The notes beneath the pieces were generated by a model. That model made no database searches and was not told where the DNA came from. It saw only the letters and a program-made list of their open reading frames with translations. From the IMG/VR virus record IMGVR_UViG_3300033074_000233, positions 1-64,000 of that record: DNA of 64,000 nt, one strand, 5' to 3'. Origin of the DNA: a virus (taxonomy: Duplodnaviria; Caudoviricetes). Positions 48,193 through 58,474 of the stretch are shown piece by piece. A program made the translations under genes and the position numbers. Positions within the stretch are counted from its first letter, which is position 1. Each line of letters begins with the position of its first letter.

Positions 48193-49404
48193 TTAGGCCT
48201 GACTATTGTTCGCCGCGGTCTGTGTGGAACTAGGAATCTTGTAGATAGCGTTGAGGTCTTGAACGGTAACGTCGAACAGAGTCGTAAACTGGACGTTCAC
48301 GGTTGCACGAATCGGACGACCGTTTGCATCAAGGCGCATGTCGTATGCGGTACTCACGCTATCAATGACCACTTCCTTGAAGTACAGGAAGTTTCCAATA
48401 TACACCGACGTCCAAGTAAGGAGTTCTAGTTCATTGTCGATGATAGACTGGAGTTTCTGAGCCACGCTATTAATGGTGTCAGCAATAGCAGTTCCGTTTG
48501 CTATAGATTGTACGGGACCCGAGTTAGCAACAGAAGTGGCAGCACCAGATACTCCACTTATAACGCTGTTATAAAGTTGCATAAAACTATTGTCGCCATC
48601 CGTGTTCTCGGTTTGCGCTGTGTCCACGTTGTTCTGCGGAGTTACCAAGGCGTTGTTGGCACTGTCACCCGTCTGCGTTGCTGTAGACGTTGATTCGGCA
48701 TCGGTCTTCTTGAACCTGTAAGTAGCGCCTGGTGGTGACAGGAACAGGTTCTTCTTACCGTTTGCGGCTGAGGTCTGTGACGGAGCCACGAGTTTCTGCA
48801 ACTTGAGAATAGCCGCGTGAATATCACGGTCACTATCACCTGGCGGGCGAGTATCATCAAGGGCGAAGATAATAGGAACCTGCATCGTTATGCCTTGAGT
48901 AGATTCCCACACCTTGAACGACATTTCTCTGGAAACACCAGAGAAGCCAAAGGCCTTTATCGAGTTGTTCACGAACCCGCCACCAGACAGCAGGCCCTCA
49001 CCGAAGGCTCGCTGATATGTAGCGGATATGTCTAGGCTAACCTGCTCAGGAAGCCAGGCAGATACCCACACAGGATCCGATTCCCGAAAGTTATTCACGA
49101 TGAAGATTTTGTGCTTGTACGCACCATCTTTCTCAAGTGCGGCCTGAATACCAAGAGGAACACCTCCTATGTAGTTCAGGCCCTGCGAGTTTGCTACATC
49201 TTGTCCGGCAACTCCTTTTCCTAGTTCCCGGGCAGCCTCAAGGCCCAGGCCCAGTTTTAATGTTGCTCCAGCAACCCTGCCTAGAGGACTATTTAGGGCT
49301 GAGGACACTGAGGCTGAGGCTAAGCCGAATGCGGCTACTGTTCTAACAGCAACGGACTTAGCCGCATTCAGTCCATTATTCACTACTTGCGTTGCACCAG
49401 CCAT
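48193..49404 (-). CDS. Baseplate tail-tube initiator (gp48-like)
   Basis: C-terminal VVIDSVSTAYD...GRPIRATVNVQF tube-fold motif; synteny. Confidence 0.6.
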   Translation of the reverse strand: MAGATQVVNNGLNAAKSVAVRTVAAFGLASASVSSALNSPLGRVAGATLKLGLGLEAARELGKGVAGQDVANSQGLNYIGGVPLGIQAALEKDGAYKHKIFIVNNFRESDPVWVSAWLPEQVSLDISATYQRAFGEGLLSGGGFVNNSIKAFGFSGVSREMSFKVWESTQGITMQVPIIFALDDTRPPGDSDRDIHAAILKLQKLVAPSQTSAANGKKNLFLSPPGATYRFKKTDAESTSTATQTGDSANNALVTPQNNVDTAQTENTDGDNSFMQLYNSVISGVSGAATSVANSGPVQSIANGTAIADTINSVAQKLQSIIDNELELLTWTSVYIGNFLYFKEVVIDSVSTAYDMRLDANGRPIRATVNVQFTTLFDVTVQDLNAIYKIPSSTQTAANNSQA

Positions 49405-49406
49405 GT

Positions 49407-51524
49407 TTATACCAACCCTCCAATGGAGATAAGCATTAGACCAGTGTCATCGACAAACATAGGTATGCTGTCAATGGACACTGGATTTTCTGCATTCTGG
49501 CCGACAGGACTTGCAGGTGGAGACGCAGGCGCTTGTTGTACTGGAGCAGGTGCAGGACCTATAGGAGCAGCGCGTGTTACCGAGGCACCTGAGTTAGCCT
49601 TACCTGACGTGTCTATTCTGTCAACTCTGAAAGTCTTGTCACCGAACTGTCCTTGACCTCTTTCCTCAGCACTGTTTACGCGAAGCACCTCTGCTGTTTG
49701 CATGGCAGTAGCCTTACCGCGCTCAACCTTATCGTAGAAAATCGCCAAGGCCTCACGGTTGGTCCTTCTTTTAGTTTTCTTATTACCGTCTTTATAGAAG
49801 ATATCCGGATTTGAAGTTTCCGTAGAGGGTGCGTCTGGGTTTGTTTTAACAGCCTTCAGGAACCGTTTTGCGCCAGTGACGCCCAATACGTAGGCTATAT
49901 AGGTGTTTTCGTCTGTTGCCACTACAGGGTCTTTACCCGACTCAAGTTGCCGCTGTTGGTCACCCAGGTATAGATCGGCCGCACGTATGGACGATCTAGG
50001 ATCCATGGCGTCTGCTTTAAGACCTGGATTTTTCTTATTTACTTCATCAAGGGTGGACTGCTCAAACTGGGCGATACCCTGAGCACCAACTAACTTTCCT
50101 TTATCATTCCGACGTGCCTTTTGTGCTTTTTCGTCTAGGCCTAGAGTAGACTCACTCGCTAGTACGGTGGCGAGCAGTCCAGAACTCACGCCCTTAGCAC
50201 CATTTTTCTCCCTGGCATCACGAATAAGATCAGCAACCGTGGCCTCACCTCTATTGTACTTTTGGGTTAGATCGTAGTTTCCTGTGGCTTCCATGCCAAA
50301 GTTCGTGAGTTCTCTAACGGCCGCAGTATCAGAGACATTTGTTCCTAGGTAGTTAAGAGCATCACCAGGACCGTGAACATCTTTCCACTCGTGTATTCTT
50401 TTGCCTTCTAGGAGACCCTTTAAGCCATCGTAAACTGTATATGCAAGGGCTGCAGCTGCGGCAAAGCGGGCTACGGCTGCAGCAAGTGTTTTCAGCGAGG
50501 TACCCAGAGGTAGAAGATCAGCACCTGACCCACCACCGTTTATAGCGTTCTCAACTACCTGAGTTGCTTCCAGAATCTGCGAGGAAGTGGCTGTAGCATT
50601 CAGGTCTTCCAGCAGCGACTTGATTTCCTTAGTGGTCTTGAGTAGAACCTTGTCGTGCTCAAGTGTCTCTTCCTGAAACATTCTTTCGCTGTTTTCTTTG
50701 GCCTCTCCTTGGTTCTCGAAACGCGCGGCCTGCGTCTCACGCTCACGCCTAACAATCTGGGACTCTTTTAGGGAGTTGGACCAGTATTCCTTTACGGCAT
50801 TGTAGAACGACTTATCCTCACCCAGCATTTCCTTTAGTGTATGCACTGTGGGCGAAGTATTACCCAAGAAAGGCGTTAGCAGTTCCTTGGATATTGCATC
50901 CTTACGCGAGCCTACTGACTGTTGCAGTTTGAGAGCCTGCGACATGAAAGTGTGCCAGTCCTTTCTGGCCAGTTCGGTGTTCTTCTTGTAAATCTTGGCT
51001 AGGCCGTCAACGTCCGTCTTCTTGCCTGCACCACTAGCCATCATAGCCGCATGTAGATCAGCCGTGCCCAACTGACCCATCTTGATGGCCGAAATGCTCT
51101 CGGCCAGTTTCTTCATCAGAGGACTAAGCGTCGCAAGGGATTCGTCTGATACTGCTTGACGCTTGGACAACTTGTTGATTACGGTCAGGACCTCTTTGAG
51201 TTCCTGACGCATTTCCTTCAGTTCTTTCAGGTCTTTCGGCTTACCGTCTTTACCGGTGTTAGCCTTCTGAGCCTTAGATAGTTCCGCAAGCACGGCCTCG
51301 TAGTCAGCGCCTGCACTGACGATATTACGCATGGCTTTTTCAAGAGCCTTGCGAGCCTTGTCCATCTCGGCCTTATCTCTTGGATCGACTTGCATCAAGT
51401 AAGCCAAGTCTTTCGCATAGTCTGGAGGCATTCGCTTGTTAGTGCGGTTGCCTAGACCGAGATAGGCCTGTCCAGCGGACACGCGCGGGATAGCGCGGCC
51501 GCCGGCAGTACGGTTTTGTGGCAT
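49407..51524 (-). CDS. Tape measure-like protein with lytic transglycosylase domain
   Basis: Helical N-half; SLT motifs LASES, GAQGIAQF, DPRSSIRAADLYL, AYVLG. Confidence 0.75.
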   Translation of the reverse strand: MPQNRTAGGRAIPRVSAGQAYLGLGNRTNKRMPPDYAKDLAYLMQVDPRDKAEMDKARKALEKAMRNIVSAGADYEAVLAELSKAQKANTGKDGKPKDLKELKEMRQELKEVLTVINKLSKRQAVSDESLATLSPLMKKLAESISAIKMGQLGTADLHAAMMASGAGKKTDVDGLAKIYKKNTELARKDWHTFMSQALKLQQSVGSRKDAISKELLTPFLGNTSPTVHTLKEMLGEDKSFYNAVKEYWSNSLKESQIVRRERETQAARFENQGEAKENSERMFQEETLEHDKVLLKTTKEIKSLLEDLNATATSSQILEATQVVENAINGGGSGADLLPLGTSLKTLAAAVARFAAAAALAYTVYDGLKGLLEGKRIHEWKDVHGPGDALNYLGTNVSDTAAVRELTNFGMEATGNYDLTQKYNRGEATVADLIRDAREKNGAKGVSSGLLATVLASESTLGLDEKAQKARRNDKGKLVGAQGIAQFEQSTLDEVNKKNPGLKADAMDPRSSIRAADLYLGDQQRQLESGKDPVVATDENTYIAYVLGVTGAKRFLKAVKTNPDAPSTETSNPDIFYKDGNKKTKRRTNREALAIFYDKVERGKATAMQTAEVLRVNSAEERGQGQFGDKTFRVDRIDTSGKANSGASVTRAAPIGPAPAPVQQAPASPPASPVGQNAENPVSIDSIPMFVDDTGLMLISIGGLV

Positions 51525-51530
51525 AACACA

Positions 51531-51720
51531 TTACCTCGCCTTGTTAATAAGGTCCTGCTGCATCTTGGCGTTGTGCGCGTCGCGCAGGTCCTTATCGAGC
51601 ATGTCAGTCAAGTAAACAAACTCACGGAAATCAATATCATTTGGGAGATTGATGTGCATACGGGCGTGGTAGGAGTACACGCGATCCAGGATATTACGCT
51701 CGCTGAATCGCGGGAAAAAA
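51531..51720 (-). CDS. Probable frameshift extension of the tail chaperone (gp51-like segment)
   Basis: Open +1 frame FFPRFSERNILDRVY...KAR begins at TTTTTTCCC; no SD-supported start of its own. Confidence 0.55.
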
Positions 51721-52713
51721 CGTGAGTGCATTGATGGACAATTTAATGTCCATCTTTGCACCACACTCCTTGCAGGCCACATTGACCCGCTCTTGTACGC
51801 CGTATTTAGAAATCTGAATGAAAAAGTCCAATTCACCAAGCAATTCAGGTCCGCAGTCTAGGCTATCAAAGAAAGCCATACGTTCCTGGAGTGTGCGCCC
51901 GTGGGTAAACGGGGAAAGCACAGAGGCATACTTGGCGGTCCAAAGGACGTCATCAGATGCAGGGAGGGGATCGCCGTCGGCATCCAGCAAAGGATTACCA
52001 GCAGCGTCAAGAGACTTTAATTCGGTTACGTCAACCACGTCAGCCATAAGGACAGGATACAGGTCGATGCCGTACTCTGCCTTAACAATGTTGATTTGGT
52101 CGTCAATCTTCTGCAGGTCAGGAAACACAATGTCCAACTCACTAGTATTGTGGATCGTAACCTTGTTGTACAACGACGGCTTGTCGATCTTCTTGTTTAC
52201 TACGCGCTCAATGTGCTCCATGCTGGTACAGGAGAAGCCTACTTCATACGGGCTTTTCTTGTACGAGTTCATACGCAGCCAGTACAAACAAAAATCGAAG
52301 TCTGGCCGAGTAAGTTGGAATGCACTCCGATCAGGCTGCAAGCACGACGAAATTGCATCGCACATAATACGCAGGCTGTTTCTGGAATGAGCAACGTGTA
52401 ACTTCTTTGCTTCCTGCAACTTCAATGGACGGAGAGCGAATCCATTGTACGGATAGAACGCAAGACGGCTAGGCATGTCATGCGATACTTCCGTAAAATC
52501 CATGTTGCGTTCAGCGTAGGACACTTCGGTGATGGAATCAACCAGTTGCTGCTGCGGCGCAATAGTAGGCTGTTGACCTACCGTATGACTACCAACTACC
52601 TCGGAGCCAGACTGCTTCATTTTGTCTGCAAGGCCTGGATTACCACGCGTTACATCACTTGCTTTCACAACAGGAATTTGTCTCCCATTTTCGCCTTTTA
52701 ACACGGTCTTCAT
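51694..52713 (-). CDS. Tail/baseplate hub assembly chaperone (T4 gp26-like)
   Basis: MPSR..FY, DFDFCLYWLRMNSY, C-terminal CKECG...LTFFP; between tube genes and tape measure. Confidence 0.75.
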   Translation of the reverse strand: MKTVLKGENGRQIPVVKASDVTRGNPGLADKMKQSGSEVVGSHTVGQQPTIAPQQQLVDSITEVSYAERNMDFTEVSHDMPSRLAFYPYNGFALRPLKLQEAKKLHVAHSRNSLRIMCDAISSCLQPDRSAFQLTRPDFDFCLYWLRMNSYKKSPYEVGFSCTSMEHIERVVNKKIDKPSLYNKVTIHNTSELDIVFPDLQKIDDQINIVKAEYGIDLYPVLMADVVDVTELKSLDAAGNPLLDADGDPLPASDDVLWTAKYASVLSPFTHGRTLQERMAFFDSLDCGPELLGELDFFIQISKYGVQERVNVACKECGAKMDIKLSINALTFFPAIQRA

Positions 52714-52742
52714 TTCTCATACCTCAAGGGCTTAGTTGAAAC

Positions 52743-53957
52743 TTATCTCGGTCCACCAGTCATCAAGCCACCTATTTTGGTAGAGGCAAACTTGTTGGCA
52801 ACACCGTTCAATTTGTCGTTGATACCTGCTTTCTCAATCATCATGTTGAGCAGCGGGTTCTGTGTCTTCAAGTGGAAGAATCCGTTTCCATTATTGTCTT
52901 GGAGACTTTGTTTAAGACCGCGACTTGGATCCATTGAAGTACCCGTTTGTCCGCTCCAGTCCTCCATCAAATAAACACCGTCGGTTGCAAAGTCAACTGT
53001 CAACTTTACAGTATCCGACGTGGCAGATTGAAGGGCAATTGGCTGGCGGGCGGTGGGCCAACAATTTACTGCACGGAAATGTCCAGCAATTTCACTGGTC
53101 GCATCATAGCAGTAAATGTCAATATCGCGCTTGAATTTGCTTGGCGGATTATACAGACCATCCGCAGTTCGGACTTGGTTGTGCCAGAAGTTGGCAAACT
53201 TGGACGCATACATCCTGTTGTCTTCATAGAACGTCAGTGATAGGCTACCAACGTCAATGAATCCCGGATAATAAACCTGAGAACCTTGTCGATACGTGGC
53301 CTCGGAGTTTATCGTTTGCAATCCTATGTTTGCGTCTTCCACGTAGAAATTGATCAGGTCATCGTTCGTAAACCCGTAGGTATTCACGAAGGCCATCATT
53401 ATGTCGTAGGGAAGACCAATGCCCCAGTCAAACCCCATAAGCGGATCGCCTCGTTGGCGCATTTTCGCTATATTGGAATCTGTTCTAAGTGCCTTACCTA
53501 TAGGAATAATCTTTGGTTCCGTAGGCGCATTCAGAATGTCTACTAGGTCCTTGTTGGCAAATAGGTCATAGATGCCAGTAAGGTTCTTGCCTGTCAACTT
53601 ATCCAGAAGACCTAGTCCAAGACCTATCTGTGCAGACTTACTCTTTCCGCCGGATACAACGAGGTCCTTGATATTACGCTGCGTTTTATCGCCAGCACCA
53701 AGACTTCCTGCTACTGCACCTACACCAAAGTCGATTGCTTTCGATTTGATCAGGCTAGCAGGCTTGCTCTTGGTATTAGCGCCAGCAGCCGCCAAAGCAA
53801 CAGCGGCCCCGAGCACAAGACCTGCTGCGCCGGAGCCCGTTTGCGAATCTGCTTTAGCACCCGTTGAGGGTGCTCCGTTGGAAGTAGGTGACGACGCCGT
53901 AATGCTCGTAGTCGGCGCCGCCACACTCTTGTCGCCCCGAGGGCTTGGTAATGACAT
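52743..53957 (-). CDS. Tail tube-like baseplate protein (gp54-like)
   Basis: C-terminal tube fold (LSLTFYED...NCWPT...LTVDF), paralogous to 54976-55479; Ala/Gly/Ser-rich N-terminus. Confidence 0.7.
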   Translation of the reverse strand: MSLPSPRGDKSVAAPTTSITASSPTSNGAPSTGAKADSQTGSGAAGLVLGAAVALAAAGANTKSKPASLIKSKAIDFGVGAVAGSLGAGDKTQRNIKDLVVSGGKSKSAQIGLGLGLLDKLTGKNLTGIYDLFANKDLVDILNAPTEPKIIPIGKALRTDSNIAKMRQRGDPLMGFDWGIGLPYDIMMAFVNTYGFTNDDLINFYVEDANIGLQTINSEATYRQGSQVYYPGFIDVGSLSLTFYEDNRMYASKFANFWHNQVRTADGLYNPPSKFKRDIDIYCYDATSEIAGHFRAVNCWPTARQPIALQSATSDTVKLTVDFATDGVYLMEDWSGQTGTSMDPSRGLKQSLQDNNGNGFFHLKTQNPLLNMMIEKAGINDKLNGVANKFASTKIGGLMTGGPR

Positions 53958-53985
53958 GACTTACGGCCCTCCCTGTTGATATGGG

Positions 53986-54924
53986 TTAACTAGATAAGCC
54001 ATTGAGTTCATTGAAGGCTACCTTGAACTTTGTCCATGATAGTTCTGTCCAATTCTTGGGAATTTTGTAGCATTCCGTGCAGGTTCTAGTTTTCCTAGTG
54101 GAAATTTTTGGCATTAACAAGCAGAAGTCGTAGCCAAGTTCACTGCACCTAATAGCCTTACGCCGGTTTGTATAGTACGTTGACTTAACCTTGAACAGCG
54201 TATACGTGGACTTTACTTCTACGATCCGATTAAGGTCTTTTATATAGAGGTCAGGATAATATCTTTTCCAGTGGCCTTTATAGAGGTATCTTATGGTTGG
54301 AATATGCTTGGATAGACCGGCTTCGATTCTATCAGGATTTACCTTTTTTATCTTGGTCAAATACCTTAGGGCTGCATCCTCATAACCTTGAACGAAAAAT
54401 TTCTTTCCACCGAGTTTGATGCGTCTCCTCTCAAAAAAGTTACCTTTTGACCTGTCTGTATTGGAACAGAGCCTATCAAACAGGTCGCTCTGATGCTTAC
54501 TAAGGCTATCTTTTTTGCACTCGGGACACCTGTTGTATCCAGCCTTAGAGGTACAAACGTCAGAAGGTTTCACATCCCAGGAACATGAACACTTCAGGCA
54601 AGTGTGTAGAGAGGCTATTAGCATACCTTTGTAAGGCTCTGCTAATGCAACTTTTTTCCTTTTGCATATTACCGCATACTTGGCCTGCGCTTGAATCGAC
54701 CTAACAGACTCAGGCCCGACATGGGAGCAAGACCTGCATCCACTTCCAGTACGGGTTATGAACGAGGGTTTAGTCTCCCAAGTACGCTCGCAAGTAAGAC
54801 ACTTATGACTACTTGCAACCTTCCAGCCCTCATATTTAATACACCTGATTCCTTTCTTGGCTATGAGGGCCTTGTATTCCTTTTCTCTTTCTGAGCGATC
54901 ATACCTTAGATCGTAATTCGCCAT
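53986..54924 (-). CDS. Free-standing putative homing endonuclease (third PD-(D/E)XK paralogue)
   Basis: Zn ribbons; VQGYE...YYPDLY...IVEVKSTYT; AT-rich; inserted between tail genes. Confidence 0.85.
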   Translation of the reverse strand: MANYDLRYDRSEREKEYKALIAKKGIRCIKYEGWKVASSHKCLTCERTWETKPSFITRTGSGCRSCSHVGPESVRSIQAQAKYAVICKRKKVALAEPYKGMLIASLHTCLKCSCSWDVKPSDVCTSKAGYNRCPECKKDSLSKHQSDLFDRLCSNTDRSKGNFFERRRIKLGGKKFFVQGYEDAALRYLTKIKKVNPDRIEAGLSKHIPTIRYLYKGHWKRYYPDLYIKDLNRIVEVKSTYTLFKVKSTYYTNRRKAIRCSELGYDFCLLMPKISTRKTRTCTECYKIPKNWTELSWTKFKVAFNELNGLSS

Positions 54925-54951
54925 TTGATACCTCGTCTTTTAGGACTCAGT

Positions 54952-54963
54952 ATCAAATTAGTG
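54952..54963 (-). promoter_or_regulatory. Promoter-like motif CACTAATTTGAT
   Basis: Intergenic, 28 nt upstream of the endonuclease ATG. Confidence 0.55.
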
Positions 54964-54975
54964 AAAAGTGTCGCT

Positions 54976-55479
54976 TTATTCAGAATGAAAATCGTAGTTG
55001 AACGTAACCGTATAGAGAACCGGTTGCGAACCCGAACCGTCGAGGGATGGCTCGTCCAACGTCTGCGGGAATACCCCGTAGATATTGATAGTACGGACTG
55101 CGTTGCCTTTGTCATCATACAGAGCCAACTGGGCAGTGGCTTCGTAGTTGACCTTGAACTGCCCCGTGTTAGCGGCTACGTTCCGGGCGTATTCAATCCA
55201 ACTACGAATCGCATCCCGTGTCGTCATGTCACGGGTTTCGAGGAACGTAGCAGTGAACTGGTTGGTATACATTTCGCGACCAGCATACTTCACGGTTGCT
55301 CCGTGAAGAGTGATGGGCACGTCCTCTACCGCTACGCCCGGCAGAATTACGTTTTGACACTTAATCGTAAGCGGCCGGAAGTCCGCTCCCGACGGTACAA
55401 GCGGGATAAACAAATCCCAGTTGTACGACAGAAGCGGGTCTGGCAGACTACGGATGTCGGAAAGAGAAGTACGTGCCAT
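54976..55479 (-). CDS. Tail tube protein (gp19-like)
   Basis: 167 aa directly after sheath; VKYAGR, YGVFP, YTVTFNYD. Confidence 0.9.
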   Translation of the reverse strand: MARTSLSDIRSLPDPLLSYNWDLFIPLVPSGADFRPLTIKCQNVILPGVAVEDVPITLHGATVKYAGREMYTNQFTATFLETRDMTTRDAIRSWIEYARNVAANTGQFKVNYEATAQLALYDDKGNAVRTINIYGVFPQTLDEPSLDGSGSQPVLYTVTFNYDFHSE

Positions 55480-55494
55480 TTTCGTTGTCTCCTA

Positions 55495-58125
55495 TTAGAC
55501 GTTGCCGCCAGAGGCGATCAGTTCCTGGAACGAAACACCCTGTTTGGTAATAATCATCTGCAACTGGATCACCCTTGCCGGAAGGATCGGTTGAATGTAA
55601 ACATCTACGTTCAACTGGCCGATATTTGCAATCTGTGGCGGGTTGTTCGACGAATCACTGATTACGGCGTAGTCAGCAATACCGCGACCGTTCTTGATTA
55701 CCTCAAGGAACTGTGCGATAAGCGTAACAATCTGCCGCTTCAGGAAGTCATCGTTCGGCTCGAAGTTGCTAAACAACAGCGCCTGCGATACCGATACCTC
55801 GATGATATCCAGCATACGACGCACGTTCACGAAGGACAGTGCGGACGTTTTGGATTGCAGCGTGGTTTGTTCCCATACTGCGATACCGAGACCCGGGAAG
55901 TTGCGGACGTAGTTGATCTGCGACGGAGCCAGCAAATCACGCTCGGCTTGGTTGTACTTGTAGCGAACACCAAGCACGTTCAGCGTACCACGATTCAAAC
56001 CAGCAGGTGCGTACCACACTTGCGACGTGAAGTCGGTGAAGGCGTACACGGCACCAACGTAGCCAGAAGGCGGAACGTAGATAACCAGGTCGTTGTAAGG
56101 ATCGTTGATACGCAGGTCCGGCGTGTACAGCGTCGCACGGTTGCTGTTGATATTCAGAACGTCACGACGATACACGACTGCCTGAGTCGCGTCCTGATAG
56201 GAGGTCGGTACGTCAAGAATCGCAATACAGTCCTTACGAGCCAGACACACGGAGTTCATCTTCAACTGGATAGCGGCTTGTTGCGTACCACCCTCCATGA
56301 GGATACGAACCGTGATCTTTTCCGGGTCAATAAACTGATCCCAGCCAGTAACGAAGGCACTCGCGCTAATGCTGCTATAGGCATCACCGTCAGCACCGCC
56401 AGCGAACGGGGTATCGACAACACTGAGAACTCCGTACTGGCCGTTGGTATCAGTGTAGGTGGTATTCTTGACGGCGCGAACTACCTTCGAGAAGGTATTT
56501 ACGCGGGTCTCGATATCCATCTGCTGGCCAAAGCCATCAAGTTTCTCGATCAGGGAAATGTCATATTCCTCGATCGGTTGGCTGCTGCTGATGCTGGTGT
56601 CAAAGATAGACAGGCGGAGCTCGTTGCTCAGCGTGAAGTTGGCACTCGGAATCGTTGCCGTAGTTCCGACAACAGTACCGCCATCAGTGAACGAAGCGTT
56701 ACCCGAACTCGGCTGATTCACGGAGCCAAGATACAGGTACGTGCCGTTAACAGTAGCAGGACGACCGTATATCTTGTAGTACGCTGCACCTTCGACACGG
56801 GTAATTGTCAGGACAGGCGACCCACCAAGAAGGCCCACGATAGCAGACACACCGGTTAGTGCATCCGTTTCTTGACCCAGCGAGTTAACCGCAGTTGCCT
56901 TGTAGTAGTACGTGGCAGCAGCCAGCGTACCAGTTCCAGTGGGCGGAGTCTGCGTGCCCGTACCAACTACTGCGCCAAGATCAGCATAGGCCACAGTAGG
57001 TGCAGTCAGCGTGGTAATCAGGCGGCTAGCAACAACAGTAGGTGCCGTTTGGGCACGATATACCTTGTAGTAAGCGGCGCCAGGAACTGGCGTAATCGTT
57101 ACTGTCGGGAAATCCGTCAGCGAGGCGATTACCGCAGAAGTAGCAGCCAGAGCACTTGTCTCATTACCAAGCGCATCTACTGCGGTTACTTGATAGGTGT
57201 AAGTACCTGCGGTCAGCGTACCTGCACCAGCAAGCGTAATCGGCGCCGTAATCGCAGGCGCATAGATCGTGCTTACCGTAGGTGCATACAGGTTCGTTGA
57301 GATAATGGAAGCCTTCAACGTGTCTGCATATACACCAGGGCCAATGGCATACAGGAAGAAAGCATCTTCGCTGATTGTGGGACCAACGGGAGGACTCTGG
57401 GTATCAGCGCCGAGAATAGCACCATCGTCAACATACACAGCATCACCCGTGGTGGGCTGAGCAACTGAGGTGATGTAGCGTTGAGCAACAGCGGTTACGT
57501 TGGTCTTCTCACGATAGACCTTGTAAGAAACGGCGCCAGCAACACGGGTGATGGTAACAGTTACCTTCTGGCCAAGCGTCAGACCAGCAACAGCGGTCGC
57601 TACAAGCGCAGCAGTCTCTTGGCCGTAGGCGTTTACTGCGGTGACTTGGTAGGCGTAGTCACCAGCGATCAACGTACCGCCAGTGCCACCCGCAACTGCG
57701 GAAGCCAAAGTCGGAGTAGTAACTGTAGCAAACTCCACGCTATCAGGCGTAGTGCCGCCAGTGACACCGCCAAGTACGGTAGTCGTAGGACGGGTTACGT
57801 TGACACCATTTTCTGATGCTGTCGTGATGTTCACGCCACACTTGATACCCGAGTATGCGTAAGCGCCTTCAACTACGCGGACAACGTAGAGTTGGCTCGA
57901 ACGCTCAAGGAAAGCAAGAGCAGCATAGGCACCGTATCCATTGGTCGGATGCGGATTGCCGAAGGTGTTGATGTACTCTTGAGTGTTGGTAACCAGAACT
58001 GGTGAGTTAATCTTGCCACGCTTGGCATGAAGAACGATTGCACCAACAGAGGTTGAAGTGGTCGGAACGACTTGGCTCAAGTCCTTCTCGACAACGTACA
58101 CTCCAGCGGATTGATAAACAGGCAT
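55495..58125 (-). CDS. Contractile tail sheath protein (gp18-like) with three inserted beta-sandwich repeats
   Basis: SAGVYVVEKDLS, PPSG, WYAPAGLNRG, FVNVRR, FEPND motifs. Confidence 0.95.
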   Translation of the reverse strand: MPVYQSAGVYVVEKDLSQVVPTTSTSVGAIVLHAKRGKINSPVLVTNTQEYINTFGNPHPTNGYGAYAALAFLERSSQLYVVRVVEGAYAYSGIKCGVNITTASENGVNVTRPTTTVLGGVTGGTTPDSVEFATVTTPTLASAVAGGTGGTLIAGDYAYQVTAVNAYGQETAALVATAVAGLTLGQKVTVTITRVAGAVSYKVYREKTNVTAVAQRYITSVAQPTTGDAVYVDDGAILGADTQSPPVGPTISEDAFFLYAIGPGVYADTLKASIISTNLYAPTVSTIYAPAITAPITLAGAGTLTAGTYTYQVTAVDALGNETSALAATSAVIASLTDFPTVTITPVPGAAYYKVYRAQTAPTVVASRLITTLTAPTVAYADLGAVVGTGTQTPPTGTGTLAAATYYYKATAVNSLGQETDALTGVSAIVGLLGGSPVLTITRVEGAAYYKIYGRPATVNGTYLYLGSVNQPSSGNASFTDGGTVVGTTATIPSANFTLSNELRLSIFDTSISSSQPIEEYDISLIEKLDGFGQQMDIETRVNTFSKVVRAVKNTTYTDTNGQYGVLSVVDTPFAGGADGDAYSSISASAFVTGWDQFIDPEKITVRILMEGGTQQAAIQLKMNSVCLARKDCIAILDVPTSYQDATQAVVYRRDVLNINSNRATLYTPDLRINDPYNDLVIYVPPSGYVGAVYAFTDFTSQVWYAPAGLNRGTLNVLGVRYKYNQAERDLLAPSQINYVRNFPGLGIAVWEQTTLQSKTSALSFVNVRRMLDIIEVSVSQALLFSNFEPNDDFLKRQIVTLIAQFLEVIKNGRGIADYAVISDSSNNPPQIANIGQLNVDVYIQPILPARVIQLQMIITKQGVSFQELIASGGNV

Positions 58126-58127
58126 GA

Positions 58128-58451
58128 TTACTTACCTCCCCTAGTCAGGGTCTTGTCTGTTGGCTTCACTACCATTTCGGGTTGTTGAACTGCGACCGTC
58201 TTTCTTTCCTCTACGTCAGGCACTGCTTGTACCTCTTTCGGTTTCTCTATTACCGCAGGAATTACTTCCTTAGGTTTATCTTCCTTGATAATGAGTTGTG
58301 GAAATCTACCTTTTGTTTGCTCCGAAATAAAATAACCCTCGGGAACATTAAAGGTCTGCCTTGAAAGCAAGGTCGTACTGCGTTCATCACGTCCATTGCT
58401 AACCATAATTGGAATAGCGATGTTTGTTGGATTTCGTACTGTCGTTGGCAT
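58128..58451 (-). CDS. Hypothetical protein preceding sheath
   Basis: 107 aa, AGGAGG SD, promoter-like motif upstream. Confidence 0.7.
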   Translation of the reverse strand: MPTTVRNPTNIAIPIMVSNGRDERSTTLLSRQTFNVPEGYFISEQTKGRFPQLIIKEDKPKEVIPAVIEKPKEVQAVPDVEERKTVAVQQPEMVVKPTDKTLTRGGK

Positions 58452-58474
58452 GTATGCCTCCTTTCTGTCACAAG

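Noticed and set aside
54925-56859. 644-aa plus-strand ORF
   Set aside because: Antisense shadow of the in-frame tube and sheath genes caused by codon bias; no motifs or SD.
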